From positions 1 to 64,000 of the forward strand of contig NIVC01004006.1 in the NCBI GenBank assembly GCA_002269645.1: 64,000 nt of DNA, given 5' to 3'. Every line of letters starts with the position of its first letter. The stretch's first letter is position 1. Below, one piece after another: positions 13,031-24,046 of this stretch. Source of the DNA: Macrostomum lignano. Lineage: Eukaryota. A model generated the notes under the pieces. The model saw only the letters and a program-made list of their open reading frames with translations, was not told the DNA's origin and did not search any database. The translations under genes and the position numbers were made by a program.

Positions 13031-13846
13031 TTAGGTGTACCGGTTGATGAAGCTGGCGTAGCGCACAACATTGGCATACAGGGAGGTGGTGGAGCTGATG
13101 CCAGAGTTCACGCCCAGCTGGTAGTAGGTGCTGCCACTCCTGTACACCATCGGGCCGCCGCTGTCGCCAAAGTAGATGGAATTGGGCTGGCGGGAGCTGC
13201 AGAAGTAGGCGGATCCGCAGCCAGAACGGGTCAATGTGGTCTCGGCGTAGTTCAGAACGTTTGAAATGCCGTTGTGGTCGCCGCCGTAGCCCATGCTGAT
13301 GATGGCGGAGCCGGCGCTGGGCTCGGAGCCGCTGAACAGCGCGATCGGCTGGACATTGCTGTTGAAGGCGATGTCGCTGCTGGTCTTCAGGACGGCCAGA
13401 TCGTAGTCGCGAACGACGGCGCAGCCGCTGCCGGTGGGGTAGCCGGGGTAGATGTAGGTGTTGGAAACCCGGTAGCTGGTGCCACGGCCAGCGCGGACGG
13501 TGCCGACCTGTCAATAAAGAGTCACGCGAACAGCTGCTTGAAAGCTTCTAAATATATGCTGCCAGCTGGAACTCAAGCACTACAAATTCTTACTCAATAC
13601 AGGTGGCTACTCCGCCGTATCAATTTTACTGTTGACTCACCTCAACGCTGCTCGGCGCCCGGTTGCAGACGCAGTGAGCGGCAGTCAGAATGGTTCTCTT
13701 GTTGAGAACAGAGGCGGAGCAGCCGGAGATCTTGGCCATCCAGGGAATTGGCCCAAGGCGGCATTCTGTCCGTTGAGGATGTAGCTGTCCAGAGGGTTGG
13801 CAGCAGCCACCGCCAGCAGGCAGGCGAGCGCAATCAGAAACTTCAT
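13031..13846 (-). CDS. Secreted chymotrypsin-like (S1A) serine protease, 2 exons; 1-nt frameshift at ~13743 (assembly error or pseudogene)
   Basis: Exons are 13846-13641 (GAG|GTGAG) and 13507-13031 (CAG|GTC). The protein has the signal peptide MKFLIALACLLAVAAA, ILNG at the mature start, and TAAHC, DYDLAVL and GDSGGP motifs. Adding one C at TTCCCTGG restores QFPWMAKISGCSASVL, giving ~227 aa. Confidence 0.9.
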
Positions 13847-14521
13847 TTCCGGTTTGATTGAACCAGTGTGCGACACCGAGATTGAAGAACGAACCGATTC
13901 ACTGTTGCTGTTCGAATTGCTTCTCCCAGCGACACGCAGGCATATTTATTTAGAAGTTGCCGACGTGAGGAAAGCAGATTTTTGCTTGGGAACAAAGCAC
14001 GCGTCAACGGCGACAACTTTGCAATTCAGATAAGCTGCTTGCAATAGCTCAATTGTGCTATTCGAATTTTCTATTGAAGCATTGTAACGGCCCATTGGAT
14101 AAATTTTTAACACTCTTATCGCTGGTTCGAGTAGCGCGTGCGCTTCTCGGTTCGTTTTTCGAAAAGTTTCCCAGCTTTTGATTGAATAAGCGAATGCAGT
14201 TTGCGAGTGTTTTGAATTTTTGCTGAATAATGCTCGTAGCTTTGAAGTTGCTGGTTTCTGCAGAGTTTAAACATTCTGCTTTTCATAGAATTCTGCTATT
14301 AATGTTCAATTTTTAAGTTAGCTTTCGCGTGTCCATCTCATCTTATTCTAATTCGGTGCATGGAAAACAAAAGTACATGTATATTTCACATTATGGCATG
14401 CGTCCTATTTGTGATTTCTGTGTTTTATTTAACTTAGACTGATGCGGAGGAGCAACATCAGTCCCAGAATCGTGGAACATATGCTAGGCCCATGGGCTTG
14501 TGATCGAAGCAAATAGACAAA

Positions 14522-14660
14522 GGTGAACACCCAAAGGACATTGCGATGTTGCTGAATATAAAAGAAAAGACGGTTTACAGCATCCGTCAGCGCGTTGAAA
14601 CCACTGCAGCAGAGATCCTCTGCGAAGGGGCGGCAATCGCCAAAGCAAGTTGCCTAATGA
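14522..14660 (+). mobile_element. Degenerate Tc1/IS630-like transposase HTH remnant
   Basis: GEHPKDIAMLLNIKEKTVYSIRQRVET resembles the N-terminal HTH of Tc1-like transposases. Flanking frames are broken and no TIRs were found. Confidence 0.35.
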
Positions 14661-15679
14661 ATATCTAATGGTCTATTTTCGATTCGCTGATGGATGGAGA
14701 GCTGAGCCATAAACTAAATTTCATGAGAAGAAGGCGAGAAAGAAATTGTTCACTTTAATATGGGGCGAGGGTCTCGAGGCGAGCGAAGCCATTACATGCA
14801 ACCTCTGACTTTCTGACCACAGAATGCGCATTATAAAGCCATTATCTTATACTCGTAATTGTAATTCAACCCTTTGTTGTGAAGGCCGACCGTACAACTG
14901 AAAGCTACAGCTTCCAAGTTCATCCAGGAAGGTGGCTCGGTGAAGCAGCGTTGTGCAAATGCGAAAGCAGACCTAGAGAAATTGCGCGTCTACTTTGACA
15001 GGAGTACACCGGTAAAGTTGCAGCAGGAAATGTACTTTGTGTTGGAATTTCACCTTTGGACTGCGAAGACGCGAATGGCTCCGTAAGCTGACGGTAAATT
15101 AAATTCCATTTAGAGATGTACAACCAATGGACGACGAACATTTAGACTGGCACCTATGGAGACCAAACATGCCCGTGGAAGTTTAGAGACGCGGACTTCA
15201 GAAGATCGGAAGCAGAGCGTGCTTGTTGTAAAGTTTGAAAGCAGGTGTCCGAATGAGTGCGTGAATCTCTACCTGAAGAAGATCGAAGAGGCAAAGAGCA
15301 ATTGGCTTGATCCGCATACCTCTAATAACCCCTCCAAAATGATACAATCAACAACACGCGTCGAGCCTCTCTCTGCTCTCTGGATTAACCATGGCCACAT
15401 TTTATTCCACACAAAACACATATGGACAAAATACAGCATTCATGAACACATTGGTATATTTATTAAATCAATAGAACAAACTTACTATTTACTACGAGTA
15501 TTAGAGCTGATAAGTAAGCCAACTACTTCTATTCAAGAAGTTAGCTTAAGAATTCTAGAAAAGCAATACATATTTGGGAAGTCAGCAGAAAGTGTTCCAT
15601 ACATATGCACATACAGTACACTGATAAGCAAATGCTCTGACGATCTGGCAAATCGATTAGAGTTCTACCCATACGAGTA

Positions 15680-18600
15680 TCAGGTGCAGAACGCCTTGGA
15701 CACGGTGCAGGCGTCGCAGACAACTCGAAACGGTTGCCGCAGCAGCCGGCAAGTCTTCCTCTTGCACTCCGGATGCGTGCCCGGGTAAGTGACCGAGCGA
15801 ACGCTGTACGGCCTGCCGCAGCACATCACGCTGCAGAGAACCTCCCTGCGGTACTGGCTGCTGTCTTCACTTGGCAGGCCCTTCAGCAGGCTCTGACCGA
15901 CAGGCGTGTTATCTGGGAGGCACTCTCTGTGACGGGTTAGGCATGCAGTGTGACAATGTTAGATTGTTGAACAAGTTCAGCTCAGCCACATTCTAAACAA
16001 ATGAGCGCGCGGATACGTACGCAGGCACACACTCACACAGGAGTGTACAGCGGCCCTAACTTTATTTTTATCGTTAAGCATGTACACTTCACTGCGCCTT
16101 GCGGGGTTGGCTCTCAAGGCCGTTAATTGCACGAGCAGAGCCAAGCCGAGATTCCAATTCAGCCTCAAATTAATGTGACTGCACTTGGAATCGAGCCTGG
16201 GTCGCTGGCACACCAGAGCAGCTGCGCTACCGCTGGGCTACGGCCCCCTATGTATCAAGGACTACTCAAGTAGAAAGTTTTCAAGCCTGGCGCACCTTCC
16301 ATGCGTGACGGAGCAGTAATCCAGCGAGTGTTCATGAAATAGTAAAAGCGTCTTCTTTGGCAGCCCTTTGACAATCCGGTGACCAATGCATCGGGGACCA
16401 AGCGACAGAGGGTTCGTTGGCTGATGGTTACCGAAAGCGGCGTCCGGACAGAGCTCCTCGTATCCTGCGTAGCCTGAGCGATCGAATATGGCCCTGCGCA
16501 TCTGGTGCTAGAAGTGAGGGACGAATTTTCGGAGGTGATTATAGCTGCGATTTCTAATGCAGAGTGACAAGAGCCGCGGATCTCTGCATACGGATCAGTA
16601 AAGATGCAGAGTGACAAGATCATAAAGCCTCGGATCTCTGCATACGGATCAGTACAGATAGATGTAGAGTGACAAGATCATAGAGCAGGATCTCTGCATG
16701 CGGATCAGTACAGATAGATGTAGAGTGATAAGATCATAGAGCAGGATCTCTGCATGCGGATCAGTACAGATGCAGAGTGACAAGATCATAGAGCCCCGGA
16801 TCTCTGCATACGGATCAGTACAGATGCAGAGTGACAAGATCATAGAGCCCCGGATCTCTGCATACGGATCAGTACAGATGCAGAGTGACAAGATCATAGA
16901 GCCCCGGATCTCTGCATACGGATCAGTACAGATGCAGAGTGACAAGATCATAGAGCCCCGGATCTCTGCATACGGATCAATACAGATGCATAGTGACAAG
17001 ATCATAGAGCAGGATCTCTGCATACGGGTCAGTACAGATGCAGAGTGACAAGATCATAGAGCCCCGGATCTCTGCATACGGATCAATACAGATGCAGAGT
17101 GACAAGATCATAGAGCAGGATCTCTGCATACGGGTCAGTACAGATGCAGAGTGACAAGATCATAGAGCGGGATCTCTGCATGCGGATCAGTACAGATGCA
17201 GAGTGACAAGATCATAGAGCCCCACGGATCTCTGCATGCGGATCAGTACAGATGCAGAGTGACAAGATCATAGAGCGGGATCTCTGCATGCGGATCAATA
17301 CAGATGCAGAGTGACAAGATCATAGAGCGGGATCTCTGCATGCGGATCAATACAGATGCAGAGTGACAAGATCATAGAGCGGGATCTCTGCATGCGGATC
17401 AATACAGATGCAGAGTGACAAGATCATAGAGCGGGATCTCTGCATGCGGATCAATACAGATGCAGAGTGACAAGATCATAGAGCGGGATCTCTGCATGCG
17501 GATCAATACAGATGCAGAGTGACAAGATCATAGAGCGGGATCTCTGCATGCGGATCAATACAGATGCAGAGTGACAAGATCATAGAGCGGGATCTCTGCA
17601 TGCGGATCAATACAGATGCAGACTGACAAGATCATAGAGCGGGATCTCTGCATACGGGTCAAGTCACAACTCCAAAACCGAAAAAACTATCACTGTCACT
17701 CACCGTGTCATAAATTCGCATCAAAACGTCCAAAGGATTTTTCCCAGTCCTATGAAACAGACTACCAGCCAGGAGCAGGGGCTTCTCCTGCTGCTGCTGA
17801 TTCTCCAGCTGCTGCCACCAGGAGCCTCCGACAGCTCCGTAGTGCAGCACTCGATGACAGGTGCGCACAGAACAGGCTGCACTAGTGCCGTGGCATTTGC
17901 ACCTCACTGCCTCGGCGTGTCGAGTCGCCCTTATCCCGACCTGATAGTTGTGACCGTTCACCAGTTCAGTGAACTGCTCGAAGGCTTCCTCTACTGGCAC
18001 GTCTGTCGATGTTGACGACCAAGAAGGCGTCTTTAAGCTTCGTTTAAGTCGACCAAGCGACAGGAATTTTCTGGTCAGACGGGTTCCAGCTCGAAGGCTC
18101 CTGTCGCAACCGTTGGACTTGAAACTGTCAAGCCGGAAGCCGGCGGGAAGTTTGGCAGCAAGCCAGCCAGGCGGCGCAACTGCAGCGGCCGCTGAACTCT
18201 GCTGACGGCCCCGGCATGAGCACCGGCTGATGCGTCCTTTGGCGCACTCCCCCGCCATGGTGAGGGTCAGGACGAAGCCGGACAGAGCTCGGACCATGGC
18301 GTGCTCCGCTGTCACTGGAAATGCATGAGGCTACATATGCATACAACTATGCTTTTGACTCAGAAGCTCAGCGGTAAACTAATCTGGCTCTCTGGCTGCG
18401 ACCCCTGGTTCGATTCAACACGAAAATTGACCGATATAGGTTGTCGTTAGATTCACAACCCATTAGGGCCGACCCCCAGGACACAGAGACTGTACATGCC
18501 TGACGATTAGAAAGTCAGGGTCGCTGTACACCCTGAGTGAGCGTGTGCATGAGTGCGTGCATCGGTAGGAGTCACCGAAGGCGTTACGTCAGGATGCGCA

Positions 18601-19032
18601 AATTAATGCGAGCGTATTATTATTAGGTACCTAATTAATGCTTCTGTAGTTGAACCGAACTACGAGTAATCTAATATTGCAGGTTGTTCCTCAGCAATGT
18701 CTCCAGAAATATTCACGACAAACTATAAAATTACCGTTGAAATATTGAACTGTATTTGACAGTTTCAGCAGAACTTACGCGCTTGCAGCTCCGGCGACAG
18801 TCGCGGCAGCTGGTGCAGCGAGCTGCAGTTCCAGCGGCAGTGCCGAAACTGCAGGCCGCACAGAGACACGGTGGCTTTGGCAGCTTCGGTCAGCGCCGCC
18901 AGTGCAGCCGGGCTCTGAGCCGATCGCTGGCAGAACCGCGCCTGAGCCCGGCTGAAGATCCGGTGCCGCCGCATAGCCGAGCAGGTGGAGGCGCCGCTGC
19001 TTGATGACGGCCTGTCCAGCTTGTGCAGGGCT
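15680..19032 (-). CDS. Divergent Wnt-family ligand (tentatively Wnt11-like); 5' signal-peptide exon not located
   Basis: Exons 19032-18779, 18314-17704, 16507-16296 and 15926-15680 join in phase with GT-AG boundaries. Motifs include QFRHCRWNCS, CKCHGTSAACSVRTC, HEHSLDYC..THGREC and CSVMCCGRPY. Confidence 0.88.
16010..16248 (-). mobile_element. tRNA-derived SINE, family A, in the last Wnt intron
   Basis: Reverse complement GGGGCCGTAGCCCAGCGGTAGCGC (A box) ... GGCTCGATTCC (B box), followed by the shared core. Confidence 0.75.
16558..17660. repeat. 52-54 bp minisatellite (~21 copies) filling a Wnt intron
   Basis: Unit GATGCAGAGTGACAAGATCATAGAGC(CCC)GGATCTCTGCATACGGATCAGTACA. Confidence 0.97.
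18361..18570 (+). mobile_element. tRNA-derived SINE, family A, in a Wnt intron
   Basis: AGCTCAGCGGTAAA (A box) and GGTTCGATTC (B box), then core GTACATGCCTGACGATTAGAAAGTCAGGGTCGCTGTACAC. Confidence 0.7.
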
Positions 19033-19195
19033 CTGAGCGCGCGATAGTGTGTCGAAAAATTGAAAGATTACCAGTAAAAAATAGATTTTACCGAATTTCA
19101 GACAGATATCAGCAATTGATATATTTGTATTTGTATCTGGGGACAGGGGTGTCAAGGGAATTTCGGCATGCGGTGAGACTTCTTCCAGTCGTATA

Positions 19196-19262
19196 ACCCC
19201 TTGGTGCTGGCGGCCCTTGGTGCTGGCGGCCCTTGGTGCTGGCGCCCCTTGGTGCTGGCGCC
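19196..19262. repeat. Short array of the 16-bp GCTGGCGCCCCTTGGT repeat
   Basis: About 4 copies, the same unit as the array at 20207-21400. Confidence 0.85.
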
Positions 19263-20206
19263 CCCCCCATCAGAAAATTCTTGCTTCAAGCTATGAAGTC
19301 CCAAAATAAAAATCCGAAACTTGTCAGTGAATTGTTTTCAATATTTTAAGCAATAAAATGCTTGAATAATCAAGCTTACAGTTATAACTTACAGCCATTT
19401 GATCCCAAGGCAGTAATGTTGCTGAATTCCAATTGTTAAAAATATTATCAATAATTTTTGAGCAACAGTCATATTGTTAGGCTTTGTTATCTGTGTTATT
19501 TAGCTAGAAACACAAAGGAAAAGATAAACACAAAGTTCTGAAACCTGATTCTCTTTCAGTTGCTTTGCGCTGTCTCTGCAATGGTCTGCTTACGTGTATA
19601 TATATTCTTGAAAAATTATACGACCAATGGTGTCGGCGGCGCTGCCTTTTGATCTCGCCGACTTGCTAGGATAGCACCTGAACAGTACGCCAAACTGTAT
19701 AATTGCGCCCCCTCTCTTCTTCTTTGTGACGCTGCTTCTAAAAGAAGAAAACCTCGGACAAAGAGACAACCGTGTGCGTGCGGTCAAAAGTTCTAATTTC
19801 GGAATGGACACACGATCGCCAGCGCCAGGTTCCAACCGGGAATGCTTCATCCAGCACAAGTGGTGTTCAGCCTGCGCCCTATTGGTTTTTGGTTTACGAA
19901 CGCAATAAATCATTCACTCGGTAAGGACGCGGGCCTCCGGGTTTAACGACTGAAGTCGCTGGCCGCGAGAGATGAAAGCTGCAGGGGGGAGGGGGTTTAG
20001 ATTTGCCGACTTTGAAAAGTAAAGCTTAAGTGGAGCGAAGGTCTGATTGCCCGCCTACGCAAAGTCACCTGACGGGAATCCGTGATTTTTCTTTCTAATA
20101 AAGAGGCTGAGACAGGTGTTGACTATATCTAAACTCCATTTTTGATTGTCTATACAAGAAATGGATCATACTTACATGTATAACGTCTTATTGAGAACTG
20201 AATGCT

Positions 20207-21400
20207 CAAGGTGCTGGCGCTGGCGCTCGGTGCTGGCGCCCCTTGGTGCTGGCGCCCCTTGGTGCTGGCGCCCCTTGGTGCTGGCGCCCCTTGGTGCTGG
20301 CGCCCCTTGGTGCTGGCGCCCCTTGGTGCTGGCGCCCCTTGGTGCTGGCGCCCCTTGGTGCTGGCGCCCCTTGGTGCTGGCGCCCCTTGGTGCTGGCGCC
20401 CCTTGGTGCTGGCGCCCCTTGGTGCTGGCGCCCCTTGGTGCTGGCGCCCCTTAATTGGTGCTGGCGCCCCTTGGTGCTGGCACTCCTTGGTGCTGGCGCC
20501 CCTTGGTGCTGGCACTCCTTGGTGCTGGCGCCCCTTGGTGCTGGCACTCCTTGGTGCTGGCGCCCCTTGGTGCTGGCGCCCCTTGGTGCTGGCGCCCCTT
20601 GGTGCTGGCGCCCCTTGGTGCTGGCGCCCTTGGTGCTGGCGCCCCTTGGTGCTGGCGCCCCTTGGTGCTGGCGCCCCTTGGTGCTGGCGCCCCTTGGTGC
20701 TGGCGCCCCTTGGTGCTGGCGCCCCTTGGTGCTGGCGCCCCTTGGTGCTGGCGCCCCTTGGTGCTGGCGCCCCTTGGTGCTGGCGCCCCTTGGTGCTGGC
20801 GCCCCTTGGTGCTGGCGCCCCTTGGTGCTGGCGCCCCTTGGTGCTGGCGCCCCTTGGTGCTGGCGCCCCTTGGTGCTGGCGCCCCTTGGTGCTGGCGCCC
20901 CTTGGTGCTGGCGCCCCTTAATTGGTGCTGGCGCCCATTAATTGGTGCTGGCGCCCCTTAATTGGTGCTGGCGCCCCTTAATTGGTGCTGGCGCCCCTTA
21001 ATTGGTGCTGGCGCCCCTTAGTGCTGGCGGCCCTTGGTGCTGGCGCCCCTTGGTGCTGGCGGCCCTTGGTGCTGGCGGCCCTTGGTGCTGGCGCCCCTTG
21101 GTGCTGGTGGCCCTTGGTGCTGGCGGCCCTTGGTGCTGGCGGCCCTTGGTGCTAAAGCCCCTTGGTACTAAAGCCCCTTGGTACTAAAGCCCCTTGGTAC
21201 TAAAGCCCCTTGGTACTAAAGCCCCTTGGTACTAAAGCCCCGTAATTGGTGCTGGCGCCCCTTGGTGCTGGCGCCCCTTGGTGCTAAAGCCCCTTGGTAC
21301 TAAAGCCCCTTGGTACTAAAGCCCCGTAATTGGTGCTAAAGCCCCTTGGTACTAAAGCCCCGTAATTGGTGCTAAAGCCCCTTGGTGCTGGCGTCCCCAG
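20207..21400. repeat. 16-bp GC-rich minisatellite (~70 copies)
   Basis: Unit GCTGGCGCCCCTTGGT. The variants GGCGGCCC, GGTACTAAAGCCCC and TTAATT cluster toward the 3' end. Confidence 0.97.
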
Positions 21401-24046
21401 CTGGTGCGTGGCGCCCCCTGGATCGTGCGGCGCCCGCTGGTGTATTTACATGAAATATGGCACCACTCCAATTACGCATCACTTCATTACCCCAATATTG
21501 GGGATATTATTACCCCAAAATCGACTAAAAAGTGCGGTACACATTCATTGAGCAAAATCCATACAGACTCGGCCATGCACATTTTCGATACTCAAAAGTA
21601 GGCTTCAGCCCGCCCTGATCCCAACCCCTTCTCCACTCACGTTCAGCTCTTTGATCCCCGCGTTGATCACGACTCTGTCACCACCCCATACAGCAATCCG
21701 ATGTTGAGGTTCGACGTACGTCAGCAACATGCGTGTTATACATCCGAATATACATCCGTTTAATTTCGACGTCTTACATGTGTATTGACGCCGCGCTGGC
21801 AAATGGGTACTTTTGATCAGTTCAGTGCTACAGTTTCAGTAGTTTTATTTGTTTAACCAGTCTTAATTACTGCCAACAATGCAATGTACATTACATAAAG
21901 TTAAAATTCGTACAGTTTTAATTACATTTGCATAAAATTATAGTGCTGATCATATATGGGAAGGATTTTATTGCCTAGTTTATAGGGAAAACGTACGCTA
22001 CACCGTGTTAATCTCACCATGCAAAAACTGCTTTTGGCCTGAAGTAGCTACTGTATGCATGGTGTTGGGTCTAACTACGACTTTACATGTATCTTGTATC
22101 CGGGTCTACATGTATATATTGCGGGTCTATGAAAATTGACTGGCACAATTTTCCCCATTTTCCTACGACAATTGACTGGCACAATTCACTCAAGAAATTG
22201 TCCCCAGTCAAATTAAAAAAGTCTAATTGTGCCAGTCAATTGTCGTGCACCCACATCTATTTTAATTATCAAATTATAGGGTTTTTTGCTAAACAGCGGT
22301 TGGTGGCAGAATGCTACTCATAGTACCAAGTCCGGGACGTACATCCAGAAGGACCAGAATATAGGATCAGAATGATTTGATCAAAACGCAGAGTAAAACC
22401 GTCTTCATGAAAACAGCCCCTCTGCTCAGATCTTTACGAACTTCTAGTTTTACTCACATATTTAAATGCTCTATTTACTTTATTTAGCGTTACTTCAAAA
22501 TGTAACAGGCCTAAATTAAACAAGTACATGCTTAAATAAATCCGTTTGAAACAGATTTAGGTTTTAAACCATAGGGTTCAAAATTTATTTTCATCGATAA
22601 AGAGAATTAGTTTAAATATTTGAACTGCTTGCTTGCAGCAGCAGCGGGACGACAGATTCAATTTTTCAGTTATTGTGAATTGTATGTGTGGTAGGCCGGT
22701 CTACCACTGGGGCTTCGGCAACAGTTGGCGACGCGCGGAACGCCTCCACCCGGCGGACGATTCTTTGACGTCATTTCGGCTCCCCGGTTGAACTGTCTTC
22801 TCCCCCCCGTTGTTCCCACCCCCGCGGTCCATCAGTTGCCCCTTCCCTTGGTCCCGCTTTGTTTTGCCGTTTTCCACCCGGGTTTGTCCACTTTTTCCCA
22901 CCGGTGTTCCCCCCTGTGTTCCCCCTGGTGTCCCCCTGATTGTTTTTTGCGTTCTTTTGGTATTTAATCCTTGGCGTTGCTTTAGTTTGTCAACCCCCCT
23001 TTTCCATCTTTTCCTTCTTTCTTCTTGGTTGTTTTAGTTTGATCTTATAGGCCGAGACTTAACTTAGCCTTATTATAGTTTTCTGATAGTTGCACGGCAC
23101 TGTCTCGTAATCATCCGTCTAATTGTAGTGTGTAACAATTACTCTATCGCCTAACTTCATTTAAGTCAATTAGCTTGTCTTTTATTCAATTAACTTCGTG
23201 AGTAATAACAATTTTCTTAATCACTGACTACCGCAAAATAAATCGATATAATAAATAACGAGCAATAATAATAAGTTTTATATTAAATTTATCCAGTTAA
23301 ACTTCATCGAAGCCGTTAGTTTATATTGAGTTCTTTGCCCGCGGGGCGTAAAATAACCAATCAGTCTCAACTCAAAGAAAGCTCTGAGACCCTCAACGTT
23401 CCGTAAAACGACATTTACGGTGGTGGCAGCGCTACTTTACTACCGAGAGTAACACAACTAGCAATCTCGACGAATTACGAGTTTACGGTGTCTGAGGACC
23501 CATTCTGAACGACTCGGGCCGCTACTAGACCGCTCGACTGCGATTACGACTACCCTCCCCCCGGAATTGAGGACCCGGCAGACGGAGTAACCAAGGAGAA
23601 GAATCAGCGCATCAATTCGTGCATTTTCCGGCTTTATTCGTGCTTCTACAACGCCGGCGGCAATTCAAACGAGGAATCCGCCCCACCTCACTGGTGTCAG
23701 CAAATTTTCGAAACCGAGAGTTTCCAAGAAAAATTCTTCTCCACCCCAGCTCATATGACCGCGCACACGCGCACGCACGCACGTTAACTGTAGTGGTAAG
23801 CTTGTTGACCTTAGCCCTCCGTCTCCGGTAACCAGTCACAACCACGACAAATCCCAGATCTCTCTGTCCTCGTCTTGGCTTTGGATTACTTCTAACCAGC
23901 CCTCCAGAATCAGCATTGAGTTAGACTGAGAGCTTGACGAGTTTTAAACTTGAATTAAGGTTAAGCAGCATAGATTGCTATAGAAAAGTTTTATTAATAT
24001 AGGATAGGATTTTAAGCCTACTAAAGTATCCTGAGAAATTCAGACA

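Noticed and set aside
12016-13705. GC-rich overlapping ORFs antisense or frame-shifted to the LINE and the protease
   Set aside because: Shadow ORFs of real coding sequence with high GC at third codon positions.
15156-15788. 210-aa plus-strand ORF
   Set aside because: No recognisable motif. Its 3' end is antisense to the last Wnt exon and the rest overlaps the presumed Wnt 3' UTR, so it is probably a shadow ORF, though a decayed transposon origin is not excluded.
20146-21187. Long repetitive ORFs in all frames (PLVLAPLGAGAPWCWR); the same applies to 33855-34764, 43164-43873, 48483-50137 and 54902-55388
   Set aside because: Stop-free tandem repeats open in several frames at once; no coding signal.
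23401-23830. TGGTGGCAGCG tRNA-Leu PBS-like motif and a 92-codon ATG-less open frame (23509-23787)
   Set aside because: No paired LTR, TG...CA ends or gag/pol similarity was found, and the peptide is unrecognisable.
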